From Mobula hypostoma (Eukaryota), in the NCBI RefSeq assembly GCF_963921235.1, contig NC_086097.1:115012001-115076000 (forward strand): a DNA stretch of 64,000 bases. Direction: 5' to 3'. A program made the position numbers and the translations under genes. The notes under the pieces are model-generated. The model made no database searches and had not been told where the DNA came from. It saw only the letters and a list, made by a program, of their open reading frames with translations. Of the stretch, positions 38,966-52,800 are shown piece after piece. Every line of letters begins with the position of its first letter. The first letter of the stretch is position 1.

Positions 38966-40510
38966 AAAATAAAATCATAATAATATAGAAGTAAATAAAT
39001 AATACTGAGAACATGAGCTGTAAGGTCCTTGAAAGTGAGTCCATTGGTTGTGGACTCCATTCCGTATTGAGATGAGTAAAGTTATCCACTCTGGCTCAGG
39101 AGGCTGATGATTGGAAGGTAATGACTGTTCTTGAACTTGGTGGTGTAGGAACTAAGGCACCTGTACCTCCTTCCCAATGGCAGCAGCAAGAAGCGAGCAT
39201 GGCCTGGATGGTGCTGTCCTTGATGATGGATGCTGATTTCTTGTGGTAGCATTACTTGTATACATGCTTCAGAATCATAATCGGAATCAGGTTTATTATC
39301 ACCGCCGTGTGTCGTGAAATTTGTTGTTATATTCATTAAGTTTGTTGACTTATATTCATTAAGAATACAAGAGCGCAAGAAAAATCCTGAAGATAAATAT
39401 ATCCCCAAGCCTACCTTTCCTTTAATACCTTGGCTGTTCCTTCACCTCAAGCTTACTTCCAACCTGATCCCTCATCTCCTAATTTCACTTTATCAACTCC
39501 ATGCCAACTATTGAGCTCCCATGGTCCTTGGATGGGGAATTAAGATTAGCAAGCTTTAAATTCTTCATTAGCTGCATCACGCTGACTGTAGCAGCAGGAA
39601 CAGTTGGTGTTCAGCTGTTCCCAGTTAAATAACCCTGGACTCATATGGGCCTACTCTAAATCCGGGAAGCACTGAGCTGCAGATACTGCAGAGTTCTTGT
39701 AGTCTACATGGACCTCAATATTGATTAATTAGTATATTAATAAATATTTTTGGCGTAAAAATTATTTAACCTATGTCAGAACATGCTAGTCAACATCTAC
39801 TGTTGAAATCACGCCAGTGGCAAAATTGCACTTCTGAGAAATAACCGCCAGCACACCAATTTTCTTTGCGGATTCAGATCCACATTTAATGATAGTACTA
39901 ATCACATGACAGACACTTCCATCTATACCAATTTAAATTTGAAGTTTAGGGTCTAACCTGCAGTTTGTCTTCTCATTCAGGATTTAATGCTGTCCCCTGG
40001 TGGCATAGCACTTCCTACAATGCATGAAGCTCCTCCATTATGGCGGAAATTAGCCATCAAGCTGATTAATGCTGGTGCAGCATTTTGTGTGGCCTGCACC
40101 TGTGTTTCTGCAGCAACTATCAACTGAACAGCATCGTTTCGGTGAAGGGCTTGTCCTGAATACCCAGTAAAGAAATGCCACAAACTCCAGAATAAAGATT
40201 GTGATCTCCAGGCCCCACACAACCTCTTGTGAGGGCATTGAAATGGATCCTTCCAAGTTGTAGGTTATCTCCTGTGATTGAACAAACAGACATATGGATT
40301 CAAGACATAAGAGGTTCTGCAGATGCTGGAAATCCTGAGCAACACACACAAAATGCTGGAGCAACTCAGCAGGTCAAGCAGCATCTGGGTAGCGGAATTA
40401 ACAGTTGATGTTTTGTTCTGAAACCCTTCAGAAGAACTGCAAAAGAAGAGGAAAAGAAGCCAGATTAAGAAACTGGAGGGGGAGAGGAAGGAGTACAAAC
40501 TGGCAGGTAG

Positions 40511-41630
40511 TAAGTTCAGCATTCATTACCATCATCGCCTCAAAACTAATCAATAGGCTTCAAGACCTTGGCCTCAATATCTCCTTGTGCAATTGGATTC
40601 TTAATTTCCTCACTTGCAGATCCCCCAGTCAGTTTGGCTTGGCAACAGCATCTCCTTCATAATCTCCATCAGTACAAATGCGAAGCTGTGTGCTTCGCCC
40701 CCTGCTCTGTTTGCTTTACACTTATGACTGTGAGACTTTGCACAGCTCCATTGAAGTTTGCTGACAGCACCAATGTCACTGGCCAAATCAAGGGTGGTGA
40801 GGAATCAGCATATAGGAGGGAGATTGAAAATCTGGCTGAGTGGTGCCACAACAACAACCTCTCATTTAATCTCAGCAAGACCAAGGAGCTGATTATTGAC
40901 TTCAGTAGAAGGCATCCCGAAGTCCATGAGCCAGTCCTCATTGGGGAATCAGAAGTAGAGAGGGTCAGCAACTTTAAGTTCCTTGGTGTTATCATTTCAG
41001 AGGAACTGTGTGTGCCCAACACCTAAGTGCAATTACAAAGAAAGCAAGGTAGTGCCTCTATATCCTTAGAAGTTTGTGAAAACTTTGATAAATTTCTATA
41101 GATGTGTGGTGGAGAGTATCTTGACTGGTTGCATCACAGCCCTAGAATGGAAAATCCTAGTCCATCACTGGTAAATCCCTCCCTATCATTGAGTATATCT
41201 ACATGGAACACTGTCGCTAGAAAGCAGTATCAATCGTCAAGGACCCCACCATTCAGTCCATGCTCTCTTTTCACTACTGCCATCAGGAAGCAGGTACAAG
41301 AAGCCTCAAGATGTACACCTCCAGGCTCAGGAACAGCCATTAGCCCCTCAACCATCAGGCTCTTGAGCCAGAGAGGATAAGTTCACTCAACTTCACTTGC
41401 CCTATCGCTGAACTGTTCCCACAACCTATCGACTCACTTTGTTTCTTTATTTATTTATTCTCTTTCTTTCTGTATATGCATAATTTGTTGTTCATCCTAT
41501 TGGGTGCAGCCTTCAATTGATGCTATTGTGTTTCTTGTATTTACTGTGATCGCTTGCAAGAAAATGAATCTCAGGACTGCATATGGTGACATATATGCCC
41601 TTTGATAATAAATTCACTTCGAACTTTCGA
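40511..41630 (+). mobile_element. Rex1/Babar 3' portion
   Basis: [44 protein letters not shown]; typical 3' tail at ~41600. Confidence 0.85.
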
Positions 41631-43499
41631 TCTTCCATTGGACTGAGAACAAAAATACAGGACAGTTAAAGTTATTTTGCTTTAGTGAAGCAAGATGATT
41701 TAATGTATAGAGAAGTGCAGCACAGTTATTATTGCTTATATAATGCAAAGGCAGGATCTATTCATTGAAGCAAAAGAATCCATTTATTGATAATATTCCA
41801 TATTATTCCTTTAAGTGGTCCGAGTGTTAGTGTGCATCAGAGCTGCTTAATAATTCTTCACATAGTGGTATAATCAAGGTACGTAATTCTAGCATCCACA
41901 AAGACTGCCTAGTGAGAACAGGTGATTGCACAGTACTGCCTATAAAGAGATTCTTTAATTTCGAAGGTTTAAATATGCTTATGCATAATATAAAATAATG
42001 AACATGCTCTACCTCCATGATGGATTATTGTGTTTGATCAAAGCAAAAAAATTCATTGATCCTGTATTTGCCATCTTAACGTGTAAGTTTTTTATGCTGA
42101 TTTGCATTTACTTGGTTTAATGGACTTTGCAGTATCAATGGAACCTGGCTGGCTGGCAGCATTCTGATTCACAAATCTCTATTTCTCTATCCTCTCTTGC
42201 ATATAGGGTGATCAGGTAAGGAGCGATTAGTGCAACACTTTGCAGGGGTGCGATTCTCGCCGCAGTCTGTAAGGAATCTTTACGTTCTCCCCCTGACTGC
42301 ATGGGATTCCTCTGGCAGCTCCGATTTCCTCCCACATTCCAAGTGGCATACAGTCAGTGTGAGGGTTAGTGAGTTGTGGGCATGCTATGTTGGTGCCAAC
42401 ACATGCAAGTTGCCCAGTGTCATCCTCGCCGATTTGACTTAATGCAAACGATGCATTTCACTGTGTGTTTCCATGTACATGTGACAAATCAAACTAATCT
42501 TTAATCTTTTATAGTCAGATAAGGACTGAAGACTTATGCCATGCTAAGTGCTGTGATGCATTTCAACTTGTGAGATGGGAGCTTGGAATTCCATCACGGA
42601 GCACATTTGTTTTGAAGCACTGTACTGTTGATGTTGTATGTCAATGTTTAACATTGATCAGTACTGTTTGCTGCTCGTAATGCTGAAGCAATCTTTTGTT
42701 AGCCACTTCTATATGTGTGATGTGTTTGTGTGTTGAGCAATAGAGTACACAAAAGAAATGTTAATCTCTTTCAGGAGCAATTGGTAGCTCATCCGTGAAA
42801 TTAATATGTGGTTATGTAATTAATCTTTAGTGTGGACAGAAAAATAGGGATATAGTGTGCACAATGGTATCATCAAATAATACAGACCTGATGAGCGTCA
42901 TTTAAAGAGAAAGATTAGTTATTTGTCCTGTGTACATCAAACACCAAAACATACAGTGAAATGTGTTGTTTATGCCAATGACCAATACAGTCTGAGGATT
43001 GTGCTCGGGACAGCCCGCAAGGGTTGCCTTACCTCTGGCTCCAAAATTGAATGCCCAAGTTTCACTAACCCTAACCATACATATTTGGAATGTGGGAGGA
43101 AACCAGACCACCCAGAGGAAACCTACATGATCATAGGGAGAACGTACAAACTCCTTAAAGACAGTGGCAGGAATTGAACCCTGATTGCCACTGTAAAGCA
43201 TTGCACTAACTGTTATGCTACTCTACTGCACACTTCGGAATGAAGTAAGGTTTTCTGTTGCCGGGGCTGTCAAGGGTCCTCTAGGAATCTGTCCTCCAGC
43301 AGATACTGATGTTCTGGGGAAGATTTAGTGTGTCTGTGGTGTTCAAATATAAAGTCCTTTCTCAGGATGAATGTGCCTCATAGAGTGATCAATGAAGTAG
43401 GTTGCTTCAAACTGAGTAAGGCATTAAGTTCTTCAGTGACTTACAGAGACAAGAACGAAGTGCTTTGAAAATAGAAGCTGGAGAATGTTCAGGGAGGCT

Positions 43500-45555
43500 G
43501 CTACCCATGGCAACCATGGAAACCGAGGAATATGTGGATTCTGTGACCGGCTACATGAAGAAGTGTACTAAAGATGTTAGCATCAGGAAACATATCCGGA
43601 TGAGGGCAAATCAGAAGCCATAGCTTACTGCAGAGGTCTGTGCACAGCTGAGAGATCTTGATGCTGCCCTTATATTGATGGACGTGACAGCTCTCAGGGA
43701 AGCAAGAACTGTGTTTTCCCACTCCATCAGCAAGGCGAGACGGGAGCATTCTCAGAGAATATACAACCACTTATGTGATACCCGAGACACGAGGCGCATT
43801 TGGCAGGGAATTCAGAGGATTACAGACTACAAGTCTACTCTGTGCATCTGTGACCAAGATGCCTCACTCTCTGACAGGCTGAATGTCTTTTATGCCTGGT
43901 TTTGATGCAAAGAACAAAGTGCTGGCAAGGAAGGCACCCCTCTCCCCAGAGGAGCAGACACTCCTGGCTGATGCTGAGGTGAGGAATATCCTGGCCAGAG
44001 TCACGCAAAGCTGTGGGGCCTGATCATGTACCAGGTTGGGTTCTGAAAGACTGCGCAGCCCAACTAACTGAGGTGCTGACGGATATATTCAACATAAAGC
44101 CTTACTCCCAGTTACACTGGATCCTTTCCTGTTTTCTTATCACTCAAATCGATCCACTGATGATACCCTCTTCCTTCTATTCTGTTCTATCCCACCAGGA
44201 AAATGGGGTCTCGTATGCTAAGCTGCTGTTTATAGACTTCAGTTCGGCATTTAAAAACATCACGCCCCAGAAACTGGTGGGGAAACTGTTCTTGCTGGGC
44301 CTCAACACTTCCCACTGTAATGGGATTTGGGATCCTAACAGATAGGCTGCGGACAGTCCGTGTGGCCAGCAATGTCTCTAGTCCTGTTACTCTGAGCACT
44401 GGCACTCCCCAGGGCTGTGTGCTCAGCCCGCTGCTGTTCACACTGCTGACGCATAACCATGTCGCAGGACTCAGCTCAAACCGTGTCATCAAGTTTGCAG
44501 ATGACACAACAGTGGCTGGCCTCATCTACAACGATAACGAGTCGGAGTACAGAGTACAGAGGCTGGTGGACTGTGTGAGAACAACAACCTAAGCCTGAAC
44601 ATGGAAAAGGCCAAGGAAATGATTGTGGGCTTCAGGAAGGTGCAGACAAACCATCCCCCTCTGGAAATATATACTCCTCCATGGGGAGAGTTAAGTGCAC
44701 CGAGTCCCTGGGACTTCACCTTATGGATGAATTCACCTGGTTCCTGAACATCATCTCCCTGAACAAGAAGGAACAGCAGTGTCTCCACTTCCTTAGCAGA
44801 TTGAGGCAAGCAAGGCTCTCCCCAACTTAACTAAATTTTCCAGGAGCGTCATTGAGAGCATCCTGACAAGTTGCATCTCCGTCTGGTATGGGAGCAGTTG
44901 AACATTGGACCAGAAGCCCCTACAAAGGACTGTAAGAACAGCTGAGAGGATCATAGGGGTCTCCCTACCATCCGTCGGGGATGTTTATCAGGAGCACCGT
45001 GTATGCTGGGCCCTTAGTATTATTAAGGATCCCACCCATCCATCCAGCGTTCTCTTTGACTTTCTACCATCAGGCAGGAGACTCCGATGCACAAAATCAA
45101 GAACGGTCAGGATGGGAAACAGCTTCTTCCCCCAGGCCATTCAGCTTCTGAACTCCCTGCCACATCGTATTTGAAGTGTCACTGGTTAATCTGTTATGTA
45201 CCTGTCAATATTTAATTTATGCACTTTACGAATAAACTCTTCTTGGGCTTCCAGCCAGATACAGGTGTCAAATTTAACCGGTTAGAATCAGGTTAAAATG
45301 GATACCTGTACCTGGCTGTAAGCCGAGGAAGAGTTTATTCATCATATATGCCAGGAAAGCACTGGATCCTTTCTTCTGCACTTTATTTATTTATGTGTAA
45401 TTCATCTGTAGATTTTACCTTTACTATCCTAAATTATTGTGTGTTATGTGTACGCACTACTGCGCTTTACACCCTGGTTCGAGAAACATCATCTCATTTG
45501 AGGGTATACATGTACATAGTTAAATGACAATAAACTTGATTTAACTTGACTTGAT
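43500..45555 (+). mobile_element. Rex1/Babar LINE, decayed
   Basis: GPDHVPGWVLKDCAAQL, LFIDFSSAF, TGTPQGCVLSPLLF, KFADDTTV, LPSGRRLR..NSFFPQAIQLLN; (ACTTG)n tail. Confidence 0.9.
45229..45376. mobile_element. 148-bp palindromic insertion of the second PLE family
   Basis: 9-bp TSD TGCACTTTA (45220-45228 / 45377-45385); inverted arms ~45230-45279 and ~45291-45340 homologous to 21455-21505. Confidence 0.8.
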
Positions 45556-46067
45556 AACATTGTTCAGGACTCTTGCAGATCTGGAGAAATGTTCCTGCAT
45601 TCCCCTGCAGGTTGTTAAATGATGGGGGAGCAGTGGGAGTGCCATTTTAATTATGTCCTGTTTCTGGTTATGTTTTCCCATCAGTGGTACAGCCCAGTTG
45701 CTCCTAAAGGGGGAGGGCAATGTTGTTAAACGTTAATGAAACATAATGAGGTTTCAACCTGATATAAGGAAGACCACATTAATAATCAACGTGCAGAGAC
45801 TGGGTGAATGAGTGCTGAGCTTAGGTTTGCCTTCAATACTGTTATCTACGGGAGCTTTAGTAATGTTCTCCCTTGGCAGGTAACTAGGAGCAAGAGGCTG
45901 CGCCCAAAGGCAAGGGTAGTGTCAGAGATATGGGCTGCAGGAGAACTTATTATTCGAAAATCTTAAAGGAATCACTTTTTTATTCCAACAATAAATTTTA
46001 TTTATAAAAATAAGAATACAAAGCAATCAGCGCAGGTTTTGCTCTACAATGAATGTGGCAGCAAATT

Positions 46068-47520
46068 AGAACATAAGACTTTAAGACATAGGAGCAGAAT
46101 TAGGCCATCAGCCAGTCGAGTCTCCTCCTGCATTCCATCGTGGCTGATTTATTATGCCTCTCAACCCAATTTTCCTGCCTTCGCCCTGTAATCTTTGATG
46201 TCCTTATTAATCAAGAACCTATCTCTTACCTACTGCCTGTTACACCACTGGCATTTAGGGCAGCAGTGCAAGTCCTCCATCTCTGCCTGTCCTTGTTCAC
46301 TCAGAGGTAGAGGGTTTCTTCATTGCTGTTTCCATAACAGATTGTTTTAGTTGTCAGCCCTGAGATGAACCCCCAAACCTGGAGGATTGGTGGACCACTC
46401 TTAGTCTGGCCTCTACTCTTTGACTGGTTTTGGCATGGGTGACCCTGCCAAGAGCCAAAACACAAATCCCTGATTTCAGCCAGCATAGCTCTCTGGGTCA
46501 TTGAGACACACAAGCCTCCAAACCACAACAAGGTTGTGGTTCTCTTGGCGGCAAGAACCTATTGACCTCTTCTTTCAATATACTCTATGACTTGGCCTCA
46601 ACAATCATCTGTGGCACTGAATTCCACCCTCTGGCTAAAACATTCTTCCTTATCCCTGATCTAAAGAGATGTTCTTGTATTCTGAGCTGTGCCCTCTGGT
46701 CCTAGACACCCCCACTAAAAGAAATATCCTCTCCATGCGCTTTATCTGGACCTTTCAATATTAGATAGGTTTCATTGAGATCCCCCCTCATTTTCTAAAC
46801 TCCAGAGAGTACAGGCCCAGAGATATCAGACACTCCTCATACACTAAACCTTTCATTCCAGGAATCATTGTTGTGAATCTCCTCAGGACCCTCACAATTG
46901 CCGTCCATCCTTTCTTAGATAAGGGGCCCAAACCTGCATACAATACTCCAAGTGAAGTCTGACCAATCCCTTATAACGCCTCAGTATTACTTTTTTGTTT
47001 TTATATTCTAGTCTGCTCAAAATGAAAGCAAACACTGTACTGGCCATCCTTACCATCGACTCAACCTGCAAGTTCCTTTGCACTTCGGATTTCTGAAATT
47101 GCTCCCTGTTTAGAAAATAGTCTCTGCCTTTATCCCTTTTACCATGGTGCATGACCATACACTTCCTTACACTGTATTTCATCTGCCACTTCTTTGACCA
47201 GTCTCTTAAATCCTTCTGCAGACTCCCTTCTTCCTCAAAACTACCTGCCCCTCCACCTATCTTTGTATTGTCTGCAAACTTGCCCACAAAGCCATCAATA
47301 CCATGAAAAGAAGCAGTCCAAACACTGATCCCTACGGAACACACTAGTCACTGGCAGCCAACCAGAAAAGGTTTATGCCCACTCTTTGCCTCCTGCCAGT
47401 CAGCCAGTAATCTATCCATTGTAGCATCTTTCATATAATACCATGGGCTCTTATCTTTGTTGGGAGCCTCATCAGCAGCATCTTGTCAAAGGCCTTCTGA
47501 AAATCCAGGTAAACAACATA
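46068..47520 (-). mobile_element. CR1 3' portion
   Basis: KFADNTKIGG, KCMVMH, VRLHLEYCMQVWAP; tail at 46068-46095. Confidence 0.85.
46223..46551 (-). mobile_element. Bipartite non-autonomous RTE-like element (329 bp)
   Basis: 11-bp TSD CAAGAACCTAT (46212-46222 / 46552-46562); RTE-like 5' AACCTTGTTGTGGTTTGGAGGCTTG and 3' GCTGCCCTAAATGCCAGTGG...AGTAGGTAAG. Confidence 0.7.
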
Positions 47521-47524
47521 CATT

Positions 47525-49235
47525 ATAGAAGCATAGAACTTAGAAACAAAGAAAACCTACAGCACAATACAGGCCGTTCAGCTCACAATACTGTGCCGAA
47601 CATGTACTTACTTTAGAAATTACCTCGGGTTACCCATAGCCCTTTATTTTTCCAATCTCCGTGCACCTATCCAAGAGTCTCTTAAAAGACCCTACTGTAT
47701 CCGCCTCCACCACCATTGCCGGCAACCCATTCCACACACTCACCACTCTGCATAAAAAAACTTACCCCTGACATTCCCTCTGTACCTACTTCCAAGTACC
47801 TTAAAACTGTGTCTTCTCGTGTTAGCCATTTCAGCCCTGGGAAAAAGCCTCTGACTATCCACACGATCAATGCCTCTCATCATTTTATACACCCTTATCA
47901 GGTCACCTCTCATCCTCCGTTGCTTCACGGAGAAAAGGCCAAGTTCACTCAACCATTTTCATAAGGCATGCTCGTCAATCCAGAGAACATCCTTGTAAAT
48001 CTCCGCACCATTTCTATAGTTTCCACACCCTTCTTGTAGTGAGGCGAACAGAACTGAGCACAGTACTCCAAGTGGGGTCTGACCAGGGTCCTGTATAGCT
48101 GTAACATTACCTCTCTGCTCTTGAACTCAATCCCATGGTTGATGAAGGCCAATGTACCGTATGCCTTCTTAACCACAGAGTCAACCTGTGCATAAGCTTT
48201 GAGTGTCCTATCGACTCGGACCGCAAGAACCCTCTGATCCTCCACCCTGCCAAGAGTCTTACAATTAATATGGTATTAATGCCATCATATTTGACCTACC
48301 AAAATGAACCATCACACACTTATCTGGGTTGAACTCCATCTGCCACTTCTCAGCCCAGTTTTGCATCCTATCAATGTCCCGCTGTAACCTCTGACAACCC
48401 TCCACACTATTCACAACACCACCAACCTTTGTGTCATCAGCAAATTTAGTAACCCATCCCTGCGCTTCCTCATCCAGGTCATTTATAAAAAATCATGAAG
48501 AGTAGGGGTCCCAGAACAGGTCCCTGAGACACACTACTGGTCACCGACCTCCATGCAGAATATGACCCATCTGCAACCATTCTTTGCCTTCTGTGTGCAT
48601 GCCAGTTCTGGATCCACAAAACAATATCCCCTTGGATTCCATGCCTCCTTACTTTCTCAATAAGCCTTGCATGGGGTACCCTATCAAATGCCTTGCTAAA
48701 ATCCATATACACTACATCTACGGCTCTACCTTCATCAATGTGTTTAGTGACATCCTCAAAAAATTCAATCAGGCTCGTGAGGCACGACCTGCCTTTGACA
48801 AAGCCATGCATAATATTCCTAATCATATTATCTCTCTCCAAATGTTCATAAATCCTGTCTCTCAGGATCTTTTCTATCAACTTACCAATGGCTGAAGTAA
48901 GACTCACTGGTCTATAATTTCCTGGGCTATCTCTACTCCCTTTCTTGAATAGGGGAACAACATGCGCAGCCCCCCAATCCTCTGGAACTTCTCCCATCCC
49001 CATTGATAATGCAAGGATCATTGCCAGAGGCTCAACAATTTCCTCCCTTGCCTCCCACAGTATCCTGGTGTACATCCTGTCTGGTCCCAGTGACTTATCA
49101 AACTTGATGCTTACCAAAATCTCCAGCACACCCTCTATTTTAATGTCTGCAAGCTCAAGCTTTTCAGTCCGCTCTAAGCCATTCCTACAATCGCCAAGGT
49201 CCTTCTCTGTAGTGAATACTGACGCAAAGTATGAC
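47525..49235 (-). mobile_element. CR1 LINE RT half (different subfamily)
   Basis: ORF 48479-49237: GNYRPVSLTS, HGFVKGRSCLT, YMDFSKAFD, QGPVLGPLLF; RPHLEYCAQF; tail at ~47525-47560. Confidence 0.92.
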
Positions 49236-49822
49236 AAACTTATGATGAATAAACTCTTCTCATGCTTCTAGCCAGGTACAGGCATTGATTACAACCCATG
49301 TTTCAATGACAAAATCTGCTGTCTTTTTCAGTGATGATGCCTGGTCATGTTTAGTCTAGTAGTATAGACATGTTCTCAGTATAATTTATTTATTTGTTTG
49401 TTTGCTTGCACAATTTCTTTTCTTTCCCATGTTGGTTGTTTGTCAGTCTTTGTTATGTATAATTTTTAATAAATTCTGTTGCATTTCTTTATTATAAATG
49501 CCTGCAAGAAAATGAATCTCAAGCTAGTTTGCCACATGCTTCTGAATCTGGGGTTCAGATTCAGATTCGAGATTCAAGATTGTTTAATGTCATTTCCAAT
49601 ACAGAAGTGTGAAGGAGAACAAAATAATTGTTCCTCCGGACCCGATGCAGCACAAAATAAAACACAAAGAGATAAAAAACATAATAATATCAAAAAACAC
49701 AATAAATAAGGTAGTTTATACGCAGGGATTGATTGCATGTCTGTAAAGTGAAGCTAGGCACAAGTGTTTATGCACATAAAGGGACTCTGACCAAAACGAT
49801 AAGGTATTGAACATAAATAATT

Positions 49823-52800
49823 CTTCAGATGCTGGAAATCCAAGCAGCACCCACAGAGTGCTGAGGTATTTTAGCAGGTCAGGCAGTATCCATGGAAAGG
49901 AATAAACAGGTGCTCAGCAATGCAGTCTCCCAATCTATATCCCACCGATATGTCGGAGGCCACACCTGGAGCACCGGATACAGTCGATGACCCCAACAGA
50001 CTCACAGGTGAAGTTTTACCTCCCCTGAGAGGACTGTTCAGAGCCCTGAATGGTAGTGAGGGAGGAGGTATGGGGGCAGGTGTAGCATTTGTTCTACTTG
50101 TAAGGGTAAGTACAGGAGGGCGATCAGCGGGGAGGGACAAATGGACAAGGGAGTCGCATAGGGAGCAATCCCTGCGGAAAGCAGAAAGTGGTCGGATCTC
50201 GTTGGATATGGCAGAAGTTACAGAGAATTATGTGCTGGATACAGAGGCTTCTGTGGTGGTAGGTGAGGACAAGAGGAACCCTATCCCTGGTGAAGTGCAG
50301 GGAGGATGGGGTGCTTACAGTCCCTCACCGGGTTTGTATGGAAACTTGGCTTGTTGCTAGCCTCGCTTACAGCCATGGTACTCAGTGGTGAGAAGGCCAC
50401 CTTTCATAAACAATAGGCACTACAGTTGATATGATTTTGGTTCAACCAAACAGGAATGTCATGATGTTCCGATTAAAGAATCCTCAATTTCAGCGAATAC
50501 TGTGTAAATACTGCCCATACACAATTATCGGTCAGCAAGAAATGACATTGTACACCACATAAAATTATAAAGTAAGTATATTTACAAATTTCTGCTTTAT
50601 TGAATAGTTAGTAGGAAAAAGAAAATGGGAAAAAATAAAAGGGCTCATTACAGTTAAACCAGTCTAAATGTGCACATCATTGGAATTCACCTTGAACTTA
50701 TCTTTTTACTCATGCTTTGGACCCACGGTCTGTGTGAAAGCACACACCACATTCTGAGCTTCACTTGACATCCATCTTGAACAAATGGGCACTTCCTCAG
50801 GAGTTTTGGCCCTTCCTCCTTGGAGCCATTCATATGCACAAAGCACTTTGTGCAATAGGGACTCTCCTTCCCACAACATCCTCAGCTATCTTCCCTCCTG
50901 TCCTCTCTGCAGCTCCCGCCAAAAAGACTACAATCCCCACCAGCGTCCGTCACAAATCTCTTTCCATCCAGCTTTCTCTAGAACCTTCTCTCAATTCCAC
51001 CACCCTGATTGGCTGACACAAAATTCCAAAGTTGAACATCATAGCCCCTTTAGCCGAAACCCAAACATGCTATCAGCAGGACACATTACTTCTACAGAAA
51101 GCTACTAAATGAAATAAGCTACAGCATTAGCAGTAGAAATCTTAGCCAGGGAATTACACGTGAAATAGAAGAGATATGGGTGAGGTCAGCATTGATGGTG
51201 GAGGAAGGAAAGATTCAACAGATATAGAGGAACTGAAAGAAGGGGATGGCATCTTTACAAGTGACAGGGTGGGAAGAGGTGTAGTCCAGGTAGCTGTGAG
51301 AATCAGTGTGATTATAAAAGATATCAGTAGATAAACTGCTTCCAGGGATAGAGATAGAGAGATCGAGAAAGGGGAGTGAGGTTTTGGAAATGGACCAGGT
51401 GGAAGTCAGAGGCAAAGTTAATGAAGTCGACAAGCTCAGCACGGGTGCAGGAAGTAGCCCTATTGCAGTTGTCGATGTAGCGTAGAAGAAGTTGGGGAGT
51501 GATACCCCTGTAGGCTTGGAACATAGACTGTTCCATTTAGCCAACAGAAATGCGGGCACAGCTGGGACCCATGTAAGTGCCCATGGCTATATCTTCTGTT
51601 TGGTGGAAGTGTGAGGAGAAAAAAGAGAAATTATTGAGAGTAAGGACCAGTTCTTCCAGACGGAGGAGAGTGGTAGTGAAGGGGAACAGGTTAGGTTTGT
51701 TATCTAGAAGGAAGCAGAGAGATTTAAGGCCCTCCTAATAGGAGACAGAGGTGTATTGGGGCTGGATGTTCATGGTGAAAATGAGACGATTGGCACCAGG
51801 GAACTTGAAGTCATTGAAAAGATCCGGAGCACGTGAAGTGTCACGGATGTAGGTAGGAAGGGACTGAACCAGGGGGGTTAAAACAGAGTCAAAGTATGCA
51901 GATATAAGTTAGGTGGGACAGGAACAAGCAGAAACAATTGGTCAACCTGGACAGGCAGGCTTGTGGATCTTGGGTAGGAGGTAGAAATGGGAGCTGCAGG
52001 GTGAGGGAACAATGAGGTTGGTGGCAGTGGAAGGGAGATTCCCAGAGTTAATAAGGTCCGTGATGGTGCGGATGATAATGGCCTAGTGCTACTTAGTTGG
52101 CTCGTGTTCAAGGGGTAAGTAAGAGGAGGTGTCTGAGAGATGTCATCTAGCCTCAGCAAGGTAGAGTTCAGTCCGTCAGACTACTACAGTATCCCCTTTA
52201 TCTGCGGGTTTGGAAGTGAGGCTGGGATTAGTGCGGAGAGAGTGGAGAGCAGTGCGTCAGAAGGAGTGAGGTTGGAATTGGAGAGAAGATCTGTAAAGTC
52301 AAAACGGTTGATGTCTCATCAGTAGTTGGCAATGAAAAGATCCAGAGCAGGCAGAAGACCAGGGTGGGGTGTCCAGGAAGAGGAAGAGGGTTGAAGATGG
52401 GAGAAGGGGTCACTGGTGCGGGTTAGAGAGTCCTTGCCAAAGAAATAGTCTTGGAGACAGAGGCAGCAGAAGAAGAGCTAACCGTGATGGCAGGCACGGA
52501 ACTCACTGAGGTGTGGGTACAGGGGGACAAAGGTGAGGCCCTTACTGAGGACAGAACGTTCTGCCTCAGAGAGGGAAAGTTCAGAGGGAATGGTGAAAGC
52601 CCGGCGCGGATGAGAGCTGGGATCGGAGGGGGAAGAAGTTTGGTAGTGTCTGAGGAGAGGGGAGGATTGGGGTGATCAGGGAAGGTGAGGTGGGCGGAAT
52701 ATGGAGTCTCCGAGGGCTCAAAAGCTAGTGGTGGGACCTGAGAGACATGAAATTGCAGAGTGGTGGTGGGGTAAGTGGAGCCAGGATCCAACAGCAGTGT

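Noticed and set aside
39981..40127. Candidate exon after TCTTCTCATTCAG acceptor
   Set aside because: Joining to the phase-1 end of the 20981 exon gives an immediate TGA, and no good donor precedes the stop in the open frame.
42775..42783. 9-nt microexon (CTCTTTCAG|GAGCAATTG|GTAGCT)
   Set aside because: Weak donor, and joining after the phase-1 T would create a TGA stop.
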